A DNA stretch of 64,000 nucleotides from Takakia lepidozioides (GCA_030704615.1 CM060732.1:75950001-76014000), one strand, 5' to 3'. Positions 47,792-61,500 are shown, counted from the stretch's first letter. Translations and numbers: made by a program. The notes: generated from the sequence alone by a model not told the origin.

Positions 47792-48760
47792 GAGTGGAGG
47801 GGCAACAATAGGCAAGCACACGAAATTGTCCCTTGAGCACTCGATATCCTGGATGGAATGAAAACGCAACGAAGGAATAATTTACCTCGGAACTGCATTC
47901 CAATGCAGACGTCGTTTGACATGAAGATCATAATCTGCAGTTTTTTTTACCTGGAGCGACAGATGAATATCAGACCCCAAACTAAGTGAAACTAGGAGAA
48001 TGAACAAGGAGCGAGAAATGAGTTTAAGTCACCTGACTCCTATGGATTTGGCTGTCCAACCCTCGTGCTGGGGAGATATGAGTGGACGAGACGGAACTAG
48101 GTGCAGCGGAGCCGTAGCCGAGTCCCCGACGGTTGCCCTGTGGGTTGGATAGACCAGGCCATGCGTACTGAACAAGGAGGATGAGGAATGTTGAGAGAGG
48201 TCGATAAAGTCTCTAAGATATTTGTGTTCTTCACCTGCATCTTGGACTTTACACCCAGGAGGACCCGAGAGGAGAAGCGACCGTTTCCCGGAAGGAGAAA
48301 GGTCTGACAGAGGATCCACCCTCAATTTGAGCACCATCGTGAACCCTCGGAAAGTCTTCAATACTCCGACTCACTGCTGATCCGGAGGGTTCCTTTAGGG
48401 GACTTGAGGAACCGATGACGTCGTCAGCATCTCCTTGAACCTGCCAAAGAGACATAATCATAAATCCGGGAGTGCAAGAATGTGAACCTCTACTGAACAT
48501 TGGAGGTCACTAGATATAGTCATGTCCCCGTATGAAGGCCTGTATCAGATTCTTGGGATTGCCCGGAATGTGCGTCAAGAATTCAATTGAAAATGATTGA
48601 AAATGAGAGTACCATATCTATCACGTGTGTGCTTACAAGGAAATGAAAATCAGAAACCATGAACATATTCAATAGTTCAAGTGAGATGAGATTGATAAAA
48701 AATAATTCATTTTGAAGCATCATATCTGAGACTCTTAAAACCGTTGTCCTCAATAAAATC

Positions 48761-49453
48761 CTAGAGTGGGCTAAACTTCGGATTGTTTGAAACATTGGGA
48801 AAAAAACTCAACCCTATCATTTTTTTCCTAAGATAGCTTGAAACAGTGGGATATTTCCTCATTCCAAGCAAATAGGTCTGAAAAACCTTGAGAAGATAGC
48901 AACCATCAGTCTCCACGGTCTGGAACGGTTCGAGAACAAGACATGAGTCGGGCGGGTTCAATACACACTTCATGGCGGTGTCGTCAATGAGCAGAGTGTT
49001 ACTCTTGGTATATTGTCCACCAAATCTCTGCCAGACCTTGACCAGTGGCTTCAAAAACAAATGAGGAGGGTCCAATCCTGATTTGAATTGAGGGTGAACC
49101 AAAGTAGGACATGAAATACAATCCTCTTGAGACATAACGAAGGTCGGTTGAGGTAAACCACGAAGCAAATAATCCAGGATGGGCTGCAAGTTCTTGTTAA
49201 TCATAGAGCTCCAAATTCCTAACCGGAAGTGTTTGTGCAACTCTGTCCACACTTCGCGATATTTCTCCCGTCTAAAGACAAGTTGGAATCCGACAAGAGC
49301 TGGAATTTTGTAGTCCGATTCTGAAAACCGGGAGACATTGTAGCTCTTCTGGTGCTTCAAGATTTTGCACAAGACTCCATTCACGTCAAAAATAATCAAA
49401 CACAACCCTTGCGCAGGAGGAGAAACAGATGCTCCAATCTGCCAGAGAGTCAT
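48761..49453 (-). CDS. Cargo HAD domain 2 (FCP1/NIF-like), copy B, original orientation
   Basis: LCLIIFDVNGVLCK...FRLGIWSSM...FVMSQEDC...FLKPLVKVW...YTKSNTLLIDDTAMKCVLNPP, the typical plant FCP1-like DxNG variant. Premature stop at 48761 relative to copy A. Confidence 0.75.
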   Translation of the reverse strand: MTLWQIGASVSPPAQGLCLIIFDVNGVLCKILKHQKSYNVSRFSESDYKIPALVGFQLVFRREKYREVWTELHKHFRLGIWSSMINKNLQPILDYLLRGLPQPTFVMSQEDCISCPTLVHPQFKSGLDPPHLFLKPLVKVWQRFGGQYTKSNTLLIDDTAMKCVLNPPDSCLVLEPFQTVETDGCYLLKVFQTYLLGMRKYPTVSSYLRKKMIGLSFFPNVSNNPKFSPL

Positions 49454-49569
49454 TCATACTTAGGATAATAAAAGGGAACAGTACAATGCATTGGAAAAAC
49501 CGACACCAGGCAAGTGAACAAGAACGTCCACTGGATAGTCGAGGTTCACCAAACTCAATTAAAATTATT

Positions 49570-51053
49570 TATGTCCCAATGCAGCGGCACGCAACTCGTG
49601 ATTGCTAAGGAACTTCTGCAACCTATAATCAAAGTCTCTAAGAAATTTGACCGCTGGGTCGTCCTCGAAGAAATCCTTCGTAACGCCAAAAGGATGTAGC
49701 TCGTTGAATGGCATGACATCCATCCCCGATAACCGGAAAATGTTAAGGTGAGGCTTGAGCTATTCCAGTAGAAATTTATCTCTATCAGGGTCCACGCGCG
49801 CCTTATATTTTGGAAGGAAGATGGTATGTCTAAATGGGTTCAAGTAGGACTTGTACATATTGTCTACAGTGTCGATGAGGAGAGTATTGGATTTGTAAGC
49901 TGTCGGGTCTTCCTCAGTGAAAATGTCGTAAAGACGTTTAAAGTAGATGGGATTTTTGAGAGCTTTAGGCCATTTTTCGTTGAATGTCGATCTATGCATG
50001 ACGGAATTCTCACTGCTGTAAGTTCTGACCTGGGAATAGTACTTCCCGAACACGGCCTTGACGATAGTCTCGACGTTCATTTCAGGTCCAGTGTTCCAAA
50101 AACAAACGGCAAACATTTTGACGGCCCACTTAACGAATTCGTCAAGACCGTTTCAAGTAGCTAACTTGAATTTCCCTACGGAGATACAAGGCTGGGTGGT
50201 AGGAGGTATTTTCTTTCCATCATTTAGGAAAACCTCACAAAGGTAACCGATGTCCAGAACCAGGACGTAGTATCCTGGCCGGCATCCGTTCGGTCCCCAA
50301 GGAAGGGAATGCAGATCGTTTGGATTGACAAAAAGGGAATAGTCGACTGGAGGGTAATGCATGTTGTCATGTGGAATAACAGAAGAGTTCATTATTAATT
50401 TCAATTTCAGAAATTTCAAAGTAAAGAAACGGAAAAATGGAGTTGAAAGCATTACCGTTTTTTGGGGTGGCTGCTTAGATTCCTGGGCAGGCTGCTCCTC
50501 CTCTTTCCCATCTCTACGGCAAACGTTATCGTCCTTCTCTGTGGCACCAGATGGCAACCTCGACTGTCCAGTGGAGGTTACTTGTATGACCGGCTCAGAT
50601 AGAGCGACAGTGATTGTCCGATCTACTCTTCTCTTCACCATCTCAGTGTCGTTGGAGTCGGTCCTCGTGTGTTTGATCTCCTCAGACGTTGTCTCACGAA
50701 TCTACAGGAAATTAAAGAATCCCACGGATGAGGATTATGGTGGTCTAAACTGATCCGACAAAATTACCGAATTGAGCAATACCGAAGATGAGACTCAAAG
50801 ACCAATAATAAGAGTAATAAGAATAAAGCAAATGTTTTTAACGAATCCTTCGTTGTGGCCCCGTTTGTAGCTTCTTCCACTCCGACTCATTCCCTGCAGA
50901 TGGCAACGTCGACTGGACAGTGGAGGTTACTTGCGGAACCGGCTCAGGTGCATGACCTGGCCCTCACTGTCAGATCTACGTGTCCCTTCACCATTTGAGT
51001 CTCCTTTGAGCATTTTCTTGTGTGTGTCATTTCCTCCGAATTGGATTCTTGGA
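49570..51053 (-). pseudogene. Cargo HAD domain 1, copy B (stops; extra ~320 bp vs copy A)
   Basis: ORFs 50153-50641 and 49760-50116 are homologous to 35207-36307 and are split by stop codons. Confidence 0.7.
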
Positions 51054-51541
51054 TCTATAAGAAAAGTTATCCAAATCGGTTAATGGTTGTTCACAAAAGT
51101 GTGCGAACAGAAATATGTATCCGGGTGGAAATATGTTTTATTCGGAAGTCCAGAACAAAAGATATGGAAAAAACATTCGGATTATGCCCACTCACAAGTA
51201 TGTATAATTACAATATTGTCATATTGTATTCAGAAGTGTGTACGAATAAAAATTCACTAATTGTCATTCGTTACCTACATCCAGAACCACTTCCTGGGTG
51301 ACATTCTAGGACACCAGCTCACGACGATTGTTAACAGGATCCGGTGACATAATCAATGGCTCGTCACCTTCCACAGGTGTGAACCCTTGACTGAGGGTTT
51401 CAACTAACTCCGTGGATGTCGCTTCTTGTCCCCCTGGAGAAGCCGAATTCTTATTCGTGGTGTTATCGGAACTGGAGGAATAACTGTCCAGATTGTGTAC
51501 ATCTTGTGGCGCAACGCGTTCTTGGGTATTTGGAGTACTAC

Positions 51542-54500
51542 CTAGATTTCCAACTGTGAAATTTCTTGGCCCTCTCTTTTCCTTTCCAACATTAGCCGCA
51601 TCTGCCCCTGGACTCCGTTGACGATTTCCATGTTCTCATCTTCGTCTTTCTCCTCCTCGTCGTCCTCTTCTTGTTTCTCCTCCATTTCCTCGTCCTGATC
51701 CTTGTCGTGTCCTTCGTCATCATCTTCTTCGTCCACTTCGTCATCCTGCAATGAGTCTTCGTCATCTCCGTCTCCTGCGATGGTCTGATTGTCAATCTGG
51801 AGGGTCCTGAAATAGGCCTCCACCTTGCCTCTACAAAATTTCTTTTTCGTCAGAAAGTTTATGTCAAGCACACGAATGTTTCTTTCCTGCAATGAAACCA
51901 AACAATGATATCAAAATAAATCCAACGAACACCAACAATCGAAAGATTGAAAGGGTTAGGCTTTCTTTTGAGACAACTAGCAAACACACCAAACTCCCGA
52001 ATAACAAATAGCCAAAACACCCACAACTCCAATAACAAAATGGAGACATTCAGACACAGGTTAAAGACGCTATTCCGACAACATAAAAAAACACGAGAGT
52101 TAAATCCGGCAAACTGAAAACACAGACAATTCAAAAACGATGCAGAATCCACTTACAAGCAGAACGTATGTCATTGCCAGTCCTCCGAAAATGTTTACAC
52201 AAGACATTCCGTCCCTGCAAAAAAAAAACCCCAGGTAATCGTTGGTGTCCGCCCTTAGCTCATGAGTGTAAGTCCTGCACTCCATCTCCTGCGAGGTCGG
52301 GTCTACATCTGGTCCTTGGATAACGGGATTAATTGGGTCCGGCGAAAACAAAACAGTTTGAATGTGGTTGTCCGGATTCACCATCTCCTCAGCTGTTGCC
52401 GGAAATACGTAGTCGAGGCAGAGGACCGTTCGGGAGAAAATAGTCGTGCAGCTCTTGTAAGGTGATTCAAACTTGTCAGGAATGTAATAACCCTGTCGGA
52501 TAATAAACGATTTTGATCCAGGGCCATTCCGGATGTATGACACAAGATTTCCCGATGATTCTTGTATGGAGAAAAACACAAAAGCACTGGACATGAGCTT
52601 CCGAGCCACAAAAGCATCCAAGATATTTGAGTAGTCCTTTGTCTCGAAGACAACAAAGTCATCATCACAAACTGTATTGACGAACACCATCGATATGTCG
52701 TCGAATTGTTTCTTCGATGCAAGTCCCAACCGTGATCTGGCATCAGCAAATTTCTGGTTCCCTCCCCAGCTGTGTGTAATGGGACCTGAAGCTCGTGCGT
52801 AGAATCGCCAGGGCATTCTGGTTATCCTTGAAGGTCTGCTTGCATGACAAGACATACTTCTTGAAGCAAGGGCTGCGTCTCCATATTCATCTTCTGTTTG
52901 CTTACAATATAGTCGTTCCTGAGCCGATCTCAAAAAGTTTCAAACTCAGCTTTGTTGAAGTTGTATTTTTTTTTAACATCGCGCCACTCCTGTTTGGTAT
53001 ACGGTTCCGGGTTCTGTTTGCTCCTCCGAGGCCACCCTAAGACTTCCATTACATCGTTAATAATAAACCGTCGCAATTTCATTTGGTCAATATACGCGCT
53101 CATTGTGTTTTTGGATTTGTCCGCGCCCTTGAATTTCGTTCCCTGAATGCAATGTCTCTGTTTAGGATTTTCTCTGCCACTCTTTTCAACTGCCTGGTAT
53201 TAAGTCCTTGCAGTTTCGCGATAGCGGTTTTATTCAGCGGTAGCTGTTCACCCTTACACTGGATCCCGAAAATATCAATAAGCTTTCCTTGTTCCCATTG
53301 TTTGAACACCTCTTCCCACAGGTTCCATACGTCTTCTTCACAGAGAACCAGAACCATGGCCTCCTTCACGCTACTCATCTCCAGTATGAGTTGACATGCT
53401 TGCATAAATTCCTTCGAAAAGAATCAGGGCCAAAGTTAGACTTTTCATTCGATATTTGATATTAATTTTTGAGATGAAACAATAGTCACAACTATCATGT
53501 CAATTATACTATACTCCAAATGATGATTCGATTGCCAATTCATCTCCGTCCATCTTGTTGTGCTTTGTAATTTGAAGCTCTTTCTGTAGTGTCTTCTGCT
53601 TCGGAATGCGGTGCTCCTCCAAGTCAAATTTGTCCAATCTGTTCATGTTCTCCATCAGGAACAGTTCCAATAGTGTGCCTAGAAAATCCTTGAAAAAACC
53701 AATGACCATGAAAACTTTTGGAAGCGCTCTCCGCAACATCACGCTTTCAAGGATTTGTGGTCACATGCGGCACATTTGCGGAACGGTTACAGATGGAGAA
53801 CATAAATAGATTGGGAAAATAAGAGTTGGACAAGCACCTCATTACCAAACAAGACACATTACAAAAGACCCCATCATGTCGTATTTCCGAATGTTGAACC
53901 ATCCCGCTCGTTCATTGTAGCACCCTCCCATAATGCGGTGCTTCGTAATGTGGTCTCCGTTCGTCACATTAAATCCGAGCTTGAAAATATTTTGGTTCTC
54001 TAGGAAAAGGAACAGAAAACACAATGAATCATTTACCTTCCATTGTCTAGTTTCCGACTTCGTTGTGTGATTGTTGTACTTTTTCAGCCTCCCCCTCAGC
54101 TCGAAGAAATTTCGGGCATGTGCAACTTTCTCGGGAAATGTTGTGTCAAATCTCTGCGCCTTATTCGGGTCGTTTATGAGCTTAGATAGCTTCACGAGCC
54201 TCATCAGATCCTTTGACCATATAATCTTTGAGGGCTAGTCAGTGTAGTACTTCTTAAGATTGTCGTCGTCCACGTCTTGCACAAGTTCCTACGACAGAAT
54301 TGAATAAGGTCAGAAATTATATCGACCTAACAAACATGTTGTTTAAAGTTCAGGAACCTCCACTGTCCAGTGGAGGTTCATGTTGTTACAAAAATTGGAA
54401 ATTGTTGAGAATATACCTTGGCAGCAATGATCGTGTGTTGTCCACCGATTACGAAGAATCTGGAATTTTCCACCTCCTTCCAGTTTCGAGGTTTCGAATT

Positions 54501-55460
54501 AGAAACCTCCATAGGCTTCTCGGGGTTTGCGGGAATCAAATAAACTGGATGTTTGGAGTCGAACAACCGGAGCTGGTAAAAACGCGCTTTGACTTCGTCT
54601 TTGTGCTTTACATTTAGGGACCTGTACACCATATCCCTGGGAGCAAGCTCCATCATGGAGACTTTGATGTCCTGGGTCGCCTCAAACCCAAAAGGAAACA
54701 TGTCCTTGTAGTCTTGCTCCAGCCTCTCCTGCATCTTCTCACACTTCTTTTTGTCGAATATGTCTGCAGCCTTGGGTTTCTTGTTATCTGTCATGAACGT
54801 GGGATCCATCTCCTCCTTTTGTTTCTTCTTTCCCCCTGCTGTACCGGCTTCATTCTCATCACCACCGGCGTCAATGGATTTCCGTTTTCCCTTCTTTGGC
54901 CTCGCTCTCGCAGCCTCCTCCTCCCACATCTTTGCAATCTCTTTATCCTTTAAGTAAAGCACATCCAAGAAAATACCCCAAGCCATGCAAAAATCCTTCA
55001 TCTGTAAATTGAGTACCATCGTCGCAATATGTGAACCCCACCCGAATGGACTCTCTCATCATGGCCTTCCTTAGAATTCGTACCTCCAGTTTCAATCCAA
55101 ACATTCTGGGAAATCTACCATCTTCCATCATGAACATTACCAGCATCGGAAATTCCACCTCCATCTCCAGCTCTACGTCGACCACATCTGCATATTTGAG
55201 CTCGGCGGCCTCTGCACCAATCTTGTATTGGAACCGAAACTTATGGTCCGGAGGTGTGCCAACAGGTACAATGCCCCATTCTGTGATCTCCGGGTTCAGC
55301 TCAAAAATTGCCAGATGATCATTATTGAAATTCGGAGATTTTCGAGAAACAAATGAACCACAGATAGGTTTGCACATTCTAACAATACAATCCCTGGGGG
55401 TGATGTTGCTGTCCACAGAACAAACCACCTCTGTCGTCAGACATATATCATATCAACCAT
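51542..55460 (-). pseudogene. ParB-like / MTase-like / acidic-tail cargo gene, copy B
   Basis: ORFs 54943-55428, 54378-55019 (FFVIGGQHTIIAAK), 53842-54204, 53100-53405, 52100-52933 (FFCRDGMSCVNIFGG) and 51542-51901 mirror copy A. Confidence 0.6.
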
Positions 55461-55793
55461 ACAAAACTCCCAGGACAGTAACCTCCACTGTCCAGTGGAG
55501 GTTCACCACTTCACATGCTCATAGCTGACAGATAAAATAATTCAATTCAGGAAAAAAAAAAGATTTCACTCATAAGAAGAAAAAAACATTTATTCAGAGA
55601 AGGCTCGTCTCGCCATTTCATACATCATGCGGTCTCAAAATTGTTCGAATAACGAATACCTAATATCTACAAGAACTCGATATTCTTTTGTAAGATGAGG
55701 TTCATCTTTTCATTTTCTTAAAACTACAATAACTACAGGAGGCTCTCTCGAATCATCCTGAGGGTTTCAGGGGAGTACTCTCTAGGGGTATAT

Positions 55794-56222
55794 GTCGGAA
55801 AATCTCCAGAGATGTATTCTGGAGAATCTCCAGGGACGTACTGAGGTGAATCTACATGGACATATTCTGGAGAATTTACAAGGACAGATACTGGATACTG
55901 AGGAGAGTCAGGATTGTATCCGGGAGAGGACAGAAGGACGGATCCCGGGGACTGTTCACTATCTCATACAGAAATATGATACTAAAGATTGCACTCATCA
56001 CTTTCATCTTTCTCTTCCTTTGTTTCCTCTGTCGAATAACTCCCTCGAACATTGATTCGTCAGTGCCCGGATTTACGAAGGTTTGCACGTCAGAGCCCAC
56101 ATCTGATATTTGTTTGAGGAGCACATAGAGTAGTGTCCTTCACATGTCGTTTCGTAGGTTTCACAACCTGCAACCATCTGAAAGTCGGACGCTCCTATGT
56201 GGGATGTCTAGGGTGTGTAACA
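55794..56222 (+). mobile_element. Probable LTR remnant (TGT...ACA) with upstream purine-rich tract, truncating copy B
   Basis: AGGGG tract at ~55784 just before TGTCGG; ends GTGTAACA; internal TTCTGGAGAAT repeats. No partner LTR in the window. Confidence 0.35.
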
Positions 56223-56229
56223 ACTGTCA

Positions 56230-57208
56230 ACAACCATGACATATAGCAGAGTACTGTCCAGTTGAAAGAGCCCTACTAAAGTGTGAGAAGTGTCATAAAA
56301 ATAGGCATAGGACTGAGCAATGCAACAAATAATGTACATTATGTAATCGAATCAAAACAATCAATGAAAATTTCAATCCAAATCAAACCGAGCTGTCATA
56401 ATCTATAATACAACAATAACTCTAGCAGTCGACTTACTTGAAAATTCTTCATTCTGACAAACGCAAACAATTTTTTTTAAAGAAAAAACAAAGAGTGTGT
56501 ATCAAAATTCATTCAAAAATACAAACATAATGTACATTTAAAAACATGTAGTCAATGAAACAGTTTTTGAAATAATAATGTTGTATAAAACTACTTCAAG
56601 TATTCTCCTTTGCTCATATAGTCTCTCAATTGTCAATTATGATGTGATGTGGCGCAAACAGTGTCACGTCCCAAATAAACATTACGTCGATTAATTTTTT
56701 TTAAACTTTTACAGGACCAAATTTATCTCATTGTCGAAGTAGCGGCCCACGTGTACTGCACGCACGATATTTATTTTTTGTTTTTTGTTTTTTGTTTTCT
56801 TGTTTTTAAAAAAATAAAATAAATGAGCTGTTAGACAAGGACCAACCGTCCGACTTCGGACGACGGTGGCTATATGTGTTTTTCTGTTTTTTTGTTTTTA
56901 TTTATTTATTTATTTTCTTCAGAGCAACGGTTGGATAACTGGCGGTATTGGCTGTTTTTTGAAAAAAATTGGGACCGCTATGACAGCCAGACGACCGTAA
57001 CTATGTGTGTGTGTGTTTTATTTTTATTTTTAGTAGGTTTGGGTTACTGTTGGGCGACGGTGATAGTCGTCCAACAGTGCCGACGGGGATGGCTGAACGA
57101 CCGTGATGACGCTTTTTAATTATTAATTATTAATTATTATTGTAAATACGTGTAATTTTCGGGGGACTTGAACATTTACGTGTCAGACTTTTCAACCCCC
57201 CAGTAGTG
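56230..57208. mobile_element. CACTA-like element right end (fragment)
   Basis: Ends ...CCCCCCAGTAGTG (revcomp CACTACTG) after AT-rich sequence with repeated GACGACGGT/GACGACCGT subterminal motifs. Left end not found. Confidence 0.45.
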
Positions 57209-58290
57209 ACACCTAAAACTGACGTGACGCAAACCACGTCAACGTGAGATACAGTATCGATGGACGGCGCGAAAATATACTACAATTTAAACTTTGAGAA
57301 TTTGGTGTAGACAGCGAATAAACTTTCGGATCTAAAAACCCTATTTGAATAAAAATTAATATAAACTCATTCACAATCTTAACTGTGTATAACGAAGAAC
57401 TGGAGGTTCAGTAATATGATAAGGCGTGTGTCAAAGACATTTTCATCAACAACCAAATTATCCTCATCAAGTTCAACATGTTCAATCTTTTTATAAAATA
57501 TATATGGTAGTTTAGGGTCACTACAAAGTTGTCTGTCACCTGGTGGTCACCCAAGTGTTCTCGACAGTCGTCATCGCCCAGTGATTGCATGAACCCAAAT
57601 AAATTTTATAAAAAAAAACCCCGCATAATCACCAATGACCATCGTCCGGTGGTTATCCAACTGTCGCCTGACAGTCGTCCAAACCCAAAATAAAATTAAA
57701 AAATCGCATACCCACCATCGTCCATCGCCGGACAGTTGTCCAGCGATTGCCTAACTGTCGCCATCGCTCGATGTTTGGCCGAACCCATAAAATTTCTGGA
57801 AAAAAAAACAAAACTGCATAGTCCCCAATGGCCGTCGCCTAGACAATCGACCAAACCCAAAACCTATATAGTCACCATCGCCCAGCGGTCGTCCTACTGT
57901 TATTTGTCTTCGGACGGTCAACCGGAGGTCACCTAATTGTCCTCCATCGCCGTAACCCAGCGGTTGCCCGACCTCAAGAAATTAAAATAAATTAAATTAA
58001 AATAAATAAATAAACTGCATAGCGTCCGGAAGTCGCCTTGCTGTCGGTCGGAGGTTGCGCAACTGTCATCCGACAGTCGCCGTTGCCCAAACTATTTTTT
58101 TTTTAAAAACAATAAAATAACCAAAAAAAACTTCATGTGTGTAGGTCATCACCTTGACAATGGGATAAATTGGGTCTTGTGAAAATACAGAAAACAAATT
58201 AAAAATTACTCGACGTAAAGTCGATTTTGGACGTGATGCTGACGTGTTGTGTTTGCGTAAGGTCACGTCATGATTGACAACTGGGGCATA
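57209..58290. mobile_element. Non-coding foldback/MITE-like DNA transposon remnant
   Basis: TGACGTGACGCAAACCACGTC (~57220) resembles the revcomp of 58241-58271; internal repeated CATAGTC...CCATCGCC units separated by poly-A tracts. Confidence 0.35.
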
Positions 58291-58738
58291 AAATAAGGAA
58301 GGATATGCCCACATTATCCTTTATATATACTCGTCTTTCATTTCCCGCCCAAAATTTTCAATAATTTTATGCAATCTGACAATTAATATAATTATCAATT
58401 ATATCAAACTCTACTTGATCTTACCAACTCTGGATCTTAACTCCGGATCTTTAATATACAGATTAATTGAATCGGACCGACAGGTCCCGATTTTAATAAA
58501 TTAAATAATAAAAATAAAAACAAATGTATAGTCACTTGACCCTTCTTCTCTTACAACAAACATAGAGTTACGGTCCATAAAACTATTAACAAAAAAACTA
58601 TAGTACTCCAAGGTGGTCATCACCTCCACACTAAAAGCATGCAGACTAATAAATAAAAAATCCGAATCGTAACTTTCATATTTTTATTTTGACAAAAAAC
58701 AAAGTAAGGAGTCGTCTTCAGCTCCAGAATTGCCGAGC

Positions 58739-59966
58739 TTAGAGTTGCATGGAGCAACTCAAACATGCAATAACAGCTTTGCCCAACATCAGTGGCTGAG
58801 CTCCTGAGTCCAACAAGACCCGCAGTGGCCGGTACTTCTTGCCTGCCGGTCCACTCAAAGTGAAAATGCCTCCCTGGTTGTCTAACAAGACAACTCCAGG
58901 TGTCACCATGGCGCGCTCAAAGGCTGGCCTAGCTGGCAGCTCCATCAACCTGGCAGCTGCAGCTTGCCATGGCGTAGCCGTGGCAGTCTTGACCCTCAAA
59001 TCCGAGGATCCCTCTGCCACTACACCTTCCAGTAACTCCGCAGAAGATGAAGTGACCTCCCCACTCTCGCAGAGTGTTGCTGCTAGTCTGAACACTGCAG
59101 CTGGTTTTACCCCCGGCGTCGCAATCATGGTTGCCGAGAACAGTGGGGCTTGACACACAGAGGTGGCTGCCCCCAATAACACACCGGCTGCACTAGCCTT
59201 GGTAGCAGGTGTCAGTGCTGCACGTGTAGCTCTCCCCAATGGCATAGTAACCTCCGCCTCGGTAACAGTCGGGCGAGAACTAGGTGCCATGGATGGCGTC
59301 GACACTGTCTCCGCCAATGTGAATGACTGAGGAAGCCTTGCCTGACGGCTTGCCTCTGGTCATCACTCCAGCCTCACCACCGACAGCATACTCTAGGATT
59401 GACCGGTGATCAAATCCGGCCTAATCCCTATGAAAGCAAGCGCCCACACAAAACCAACATGGCGCACAATCAAGCATGCAGGTGTGGGGGGATCCAAACA
59501 CAAGAAACCAAAACATCAACACCCCCACACCAAAATCCTTCCGCAGTGCTACTCCTGCAGAATACCCCAGCCTTAAAACCCCGAACTGACTGGCCTCCAC
59601 CAAGAGAGGCTTTGGCAACTACAAGTACAAAGGGAAATAGTAAAGAGAGGGAGGGGAAGAATAGAGGCCCGACCAAGCAAGATCTAATCCTGATCTATGC
59701 TATCAACTACCAAACTTCTCTCCAAGTGCCTCGCTCTGCATGATGGTAAGTGTGAGAGGTATATCTATGTCCAGAAACCTGCCACTAACCTTATCCCAAG
59801 CTACAGTAGCTCGCTCTAACCAACCCTCCTCCTCTCTCTGCCAGGTAGAGACAAAGCAATACTCCCCTATCTCCCACTCACTGAAGCAAATAAAGGTAGG
59901 GTCTGACAGTCTCTCAACTCGAAAGCTTTGAGACGGTTGCGAGTGTCCTCGTTGCGAATGACTACA
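58739..59966 (-). mobile_element. Ty3/Gypsy-like retrotransposon fragment (aspartic protease plus probable 5' UTR/LTR)
   Basis: RPLRVLLDSGAQPLMLGK retropepsin-like motif in ORF 58739-59317. Upstream non-coding region begins TGTAG at 59966 on the minus strand. Confidence 0.6.
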
Positions 59967-60845
59967 TCTCCTTCAAATAGAACAAACTGTTTGTTGCTAA
60001 TGAACCCCGCTCGTGGTTGCCTCGTGCAGAGCGTGTCCGGCTGCAACCACGTATGATTGCAAAAACTTGTGCAGCTCCTGCTCCTCTGCTCCAGTACACC
60101 ACAGCCTTGTGGCTGTACACCTTGGTCCCCGGGGCTGTCTTTGGTTGTGTTCCAAGCCTAGCTTCCACCCACTTTGGTATTTCACCTACAGCTGCAGAAC
60201 TGCTTGCTCCAACAAAGTTCTGATTGTCCAAAGCAATATTGAGGCCCTCAACGCCAACTACAACAGTTTGCTGTCTTTTGCTAATGCCTGACTCCCAGTA
60301 TGCAATCAACTCGTCCAACTGCTCTCCACTCAAATCAGTCTGAGTTCCTTGAGAAACATAAATTTTGTCTCCTTGTGTGCACAAGCTAAGAGAAGAGACC
60401 TGCCCTTCAATTACGTCCTCATTGCCCCCAGCCATACAAGGAGGACATCCACAAACTTGTCTCTCATATAGACCACAATAGGTTCTAGAAACAAAATTGT
60501 GGATCTTTCATAGCACCTCACACTCTCACTCACACTCAAAAAATTCCATAGATTTTTAGCAAAGTCCAAAAAACTAAAACCAATGAGTATGTAGATTTCC
60601 ACAATTTGCAGGTCCTCGCACAAATTTGAGGTCAAACAGCCTTTGTATGACAAAGTTATGGCCAAACAGGCTCTTTAAACATAATATATGTCTTTCAAAT
60701 GAAAAATCTATTTCCAAAATCCGTCTTGGGTCCCTGTTCCCTAGTTCCCTGCGAATTCTAAGTTCTCCACTATAAACACATTTTTGAGCTCCCAGCACGA
60801 AAATATCTTGGGCTACGATCCACTCCGTCCGGCCTCCTTATAGCA
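59967..60845 (-). mobile_element. Possible second retroelement 5' fragment with an ORF of unknown function
   Basis: ORF 59962-60435 preceded by UTR/LTR-like sequence starting TG at ~60845. No diagnostic motif. Confidence 0.25.
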
Positions 60846-61109
60846 TGTGAAGATCTCACTCACAGCAAGAATCCTGGAAGGAATGACAAGGGAGTCAGTT
60901 CATCCCGAACCTGTTTCGTTAAATCCGAGATGCGATCTTGCAAGCATGGTCGTTACAACTGTACCAGCCGTTTTGGTAACTATGGCCATTGCTGCTCGTT
61001 CTTTGGAGAAATCTTCAACTTCGGGAGTTGCTGTGTAGGGATTGTCTGTCCTCAAATGTGCACCGGCGTCCTTCTCCCTCGTTCAGGAAGCCTGGCTACC
61101 ACAGACACG

Positions 61110-61500
61110 TCTTGTCATGCGTCAAGCATGGCTATGTACTGCAGGGCAGATGCAACATTTTTGTGTGTAGGTTGCGATGGCAAGGTGCATGGCATAAACA
61201 AGCTGGCGTGTGTGGATGTGTGAGGTGTGTGGGCTAGCTCAAGCCGTTGTCACTTGTAAGGACGATGTAGCCGCGCTTTGCGTTTCAGCCGACACAGATA
61301 TCCATTCAGCCAACACTTGCCCGTCGGCATGAGCATGTATCAATCACTCCTTTCTTTGAGTGTCCGAATGTTGTAAAAGAGGCCCGCGTTAACAACTCCG
61401 TTGCTGCAGTGCCTGAACCTGAATGTAGCGACTTGTTGAAGGATGATGATCAAACTACCGCGGCTGACGCTGCTTCATGGCTTCTCCCTCAACCTCTTCT
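61110..61500 (+). pseudogene. CONSTANS-like double B-box fragment (no CCT domain)
   Basis: [32 protein letters not shown] / [36 protein letters not shown] / ARRHEHV...AASWLLP. Deletions/frameshifts and lost Cys residues. Confidence 0.85.

Larger units (their letters stand above)
31684..55503. promoter_or_regulatory. Dispersed 24-bp palindromic motif AAC(C/G)TC(C/G)ACTG-NN-CAGT(G/C)GA(G/C)GTT, 19 copies found
   Basis: Start positions in copy A: 31684, 32852, 33966, 35111, 36144, 37358, 39738, 40869, 41188, 41308, 41524, 44143, 46583 (weak). Copy B: 48485, 49523, 50556, 50905, 54355, 55480. Not seen by eye in the host genes of 1-31 kb. The motif is observed; a regulatory function is inferred. 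Confidence 0.75.
46832..55707 (-). mobile_element. Partial sibling copy B of the giant element (collinear with 33163-41096), lacking transposase and both ends
   Basis: Continuous direct-orientation similarity with copy A across the HAD and ParB/MTase cargo; near-identical ORF pairs in the track (e.g. 37721-38092 vs 52378-52749). Confidence 0.92.

Noticed and set aside
31684-55503. Palindromic repeats as a CRISPR array
   Set aside because: Intervals are ~0.1-2.6 kb of genic sequence rather than 25-45-bp spacers, the copies are degenerate, there are no cas-like ORFs, and the context is eukaryotic.
31500-55707. Endogenous giant virus, prophage or bacterial contamination (ParB, MTase-like, HAD genes)
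   Set aside because: The cargo has spliceosomal GT-AG introns, is nested with plant TEs and is linked to a eukaryotic-type DDE transposase. No capsid, polymerase or packaging ATPase motifs were seen.
31500-58700. Helitron/Replitron (HUH) origin for the large duplication
   Set aside because: No HUH/Rep or helicase motifs were found; TIRs plus a DDE transposase explain the structure better.
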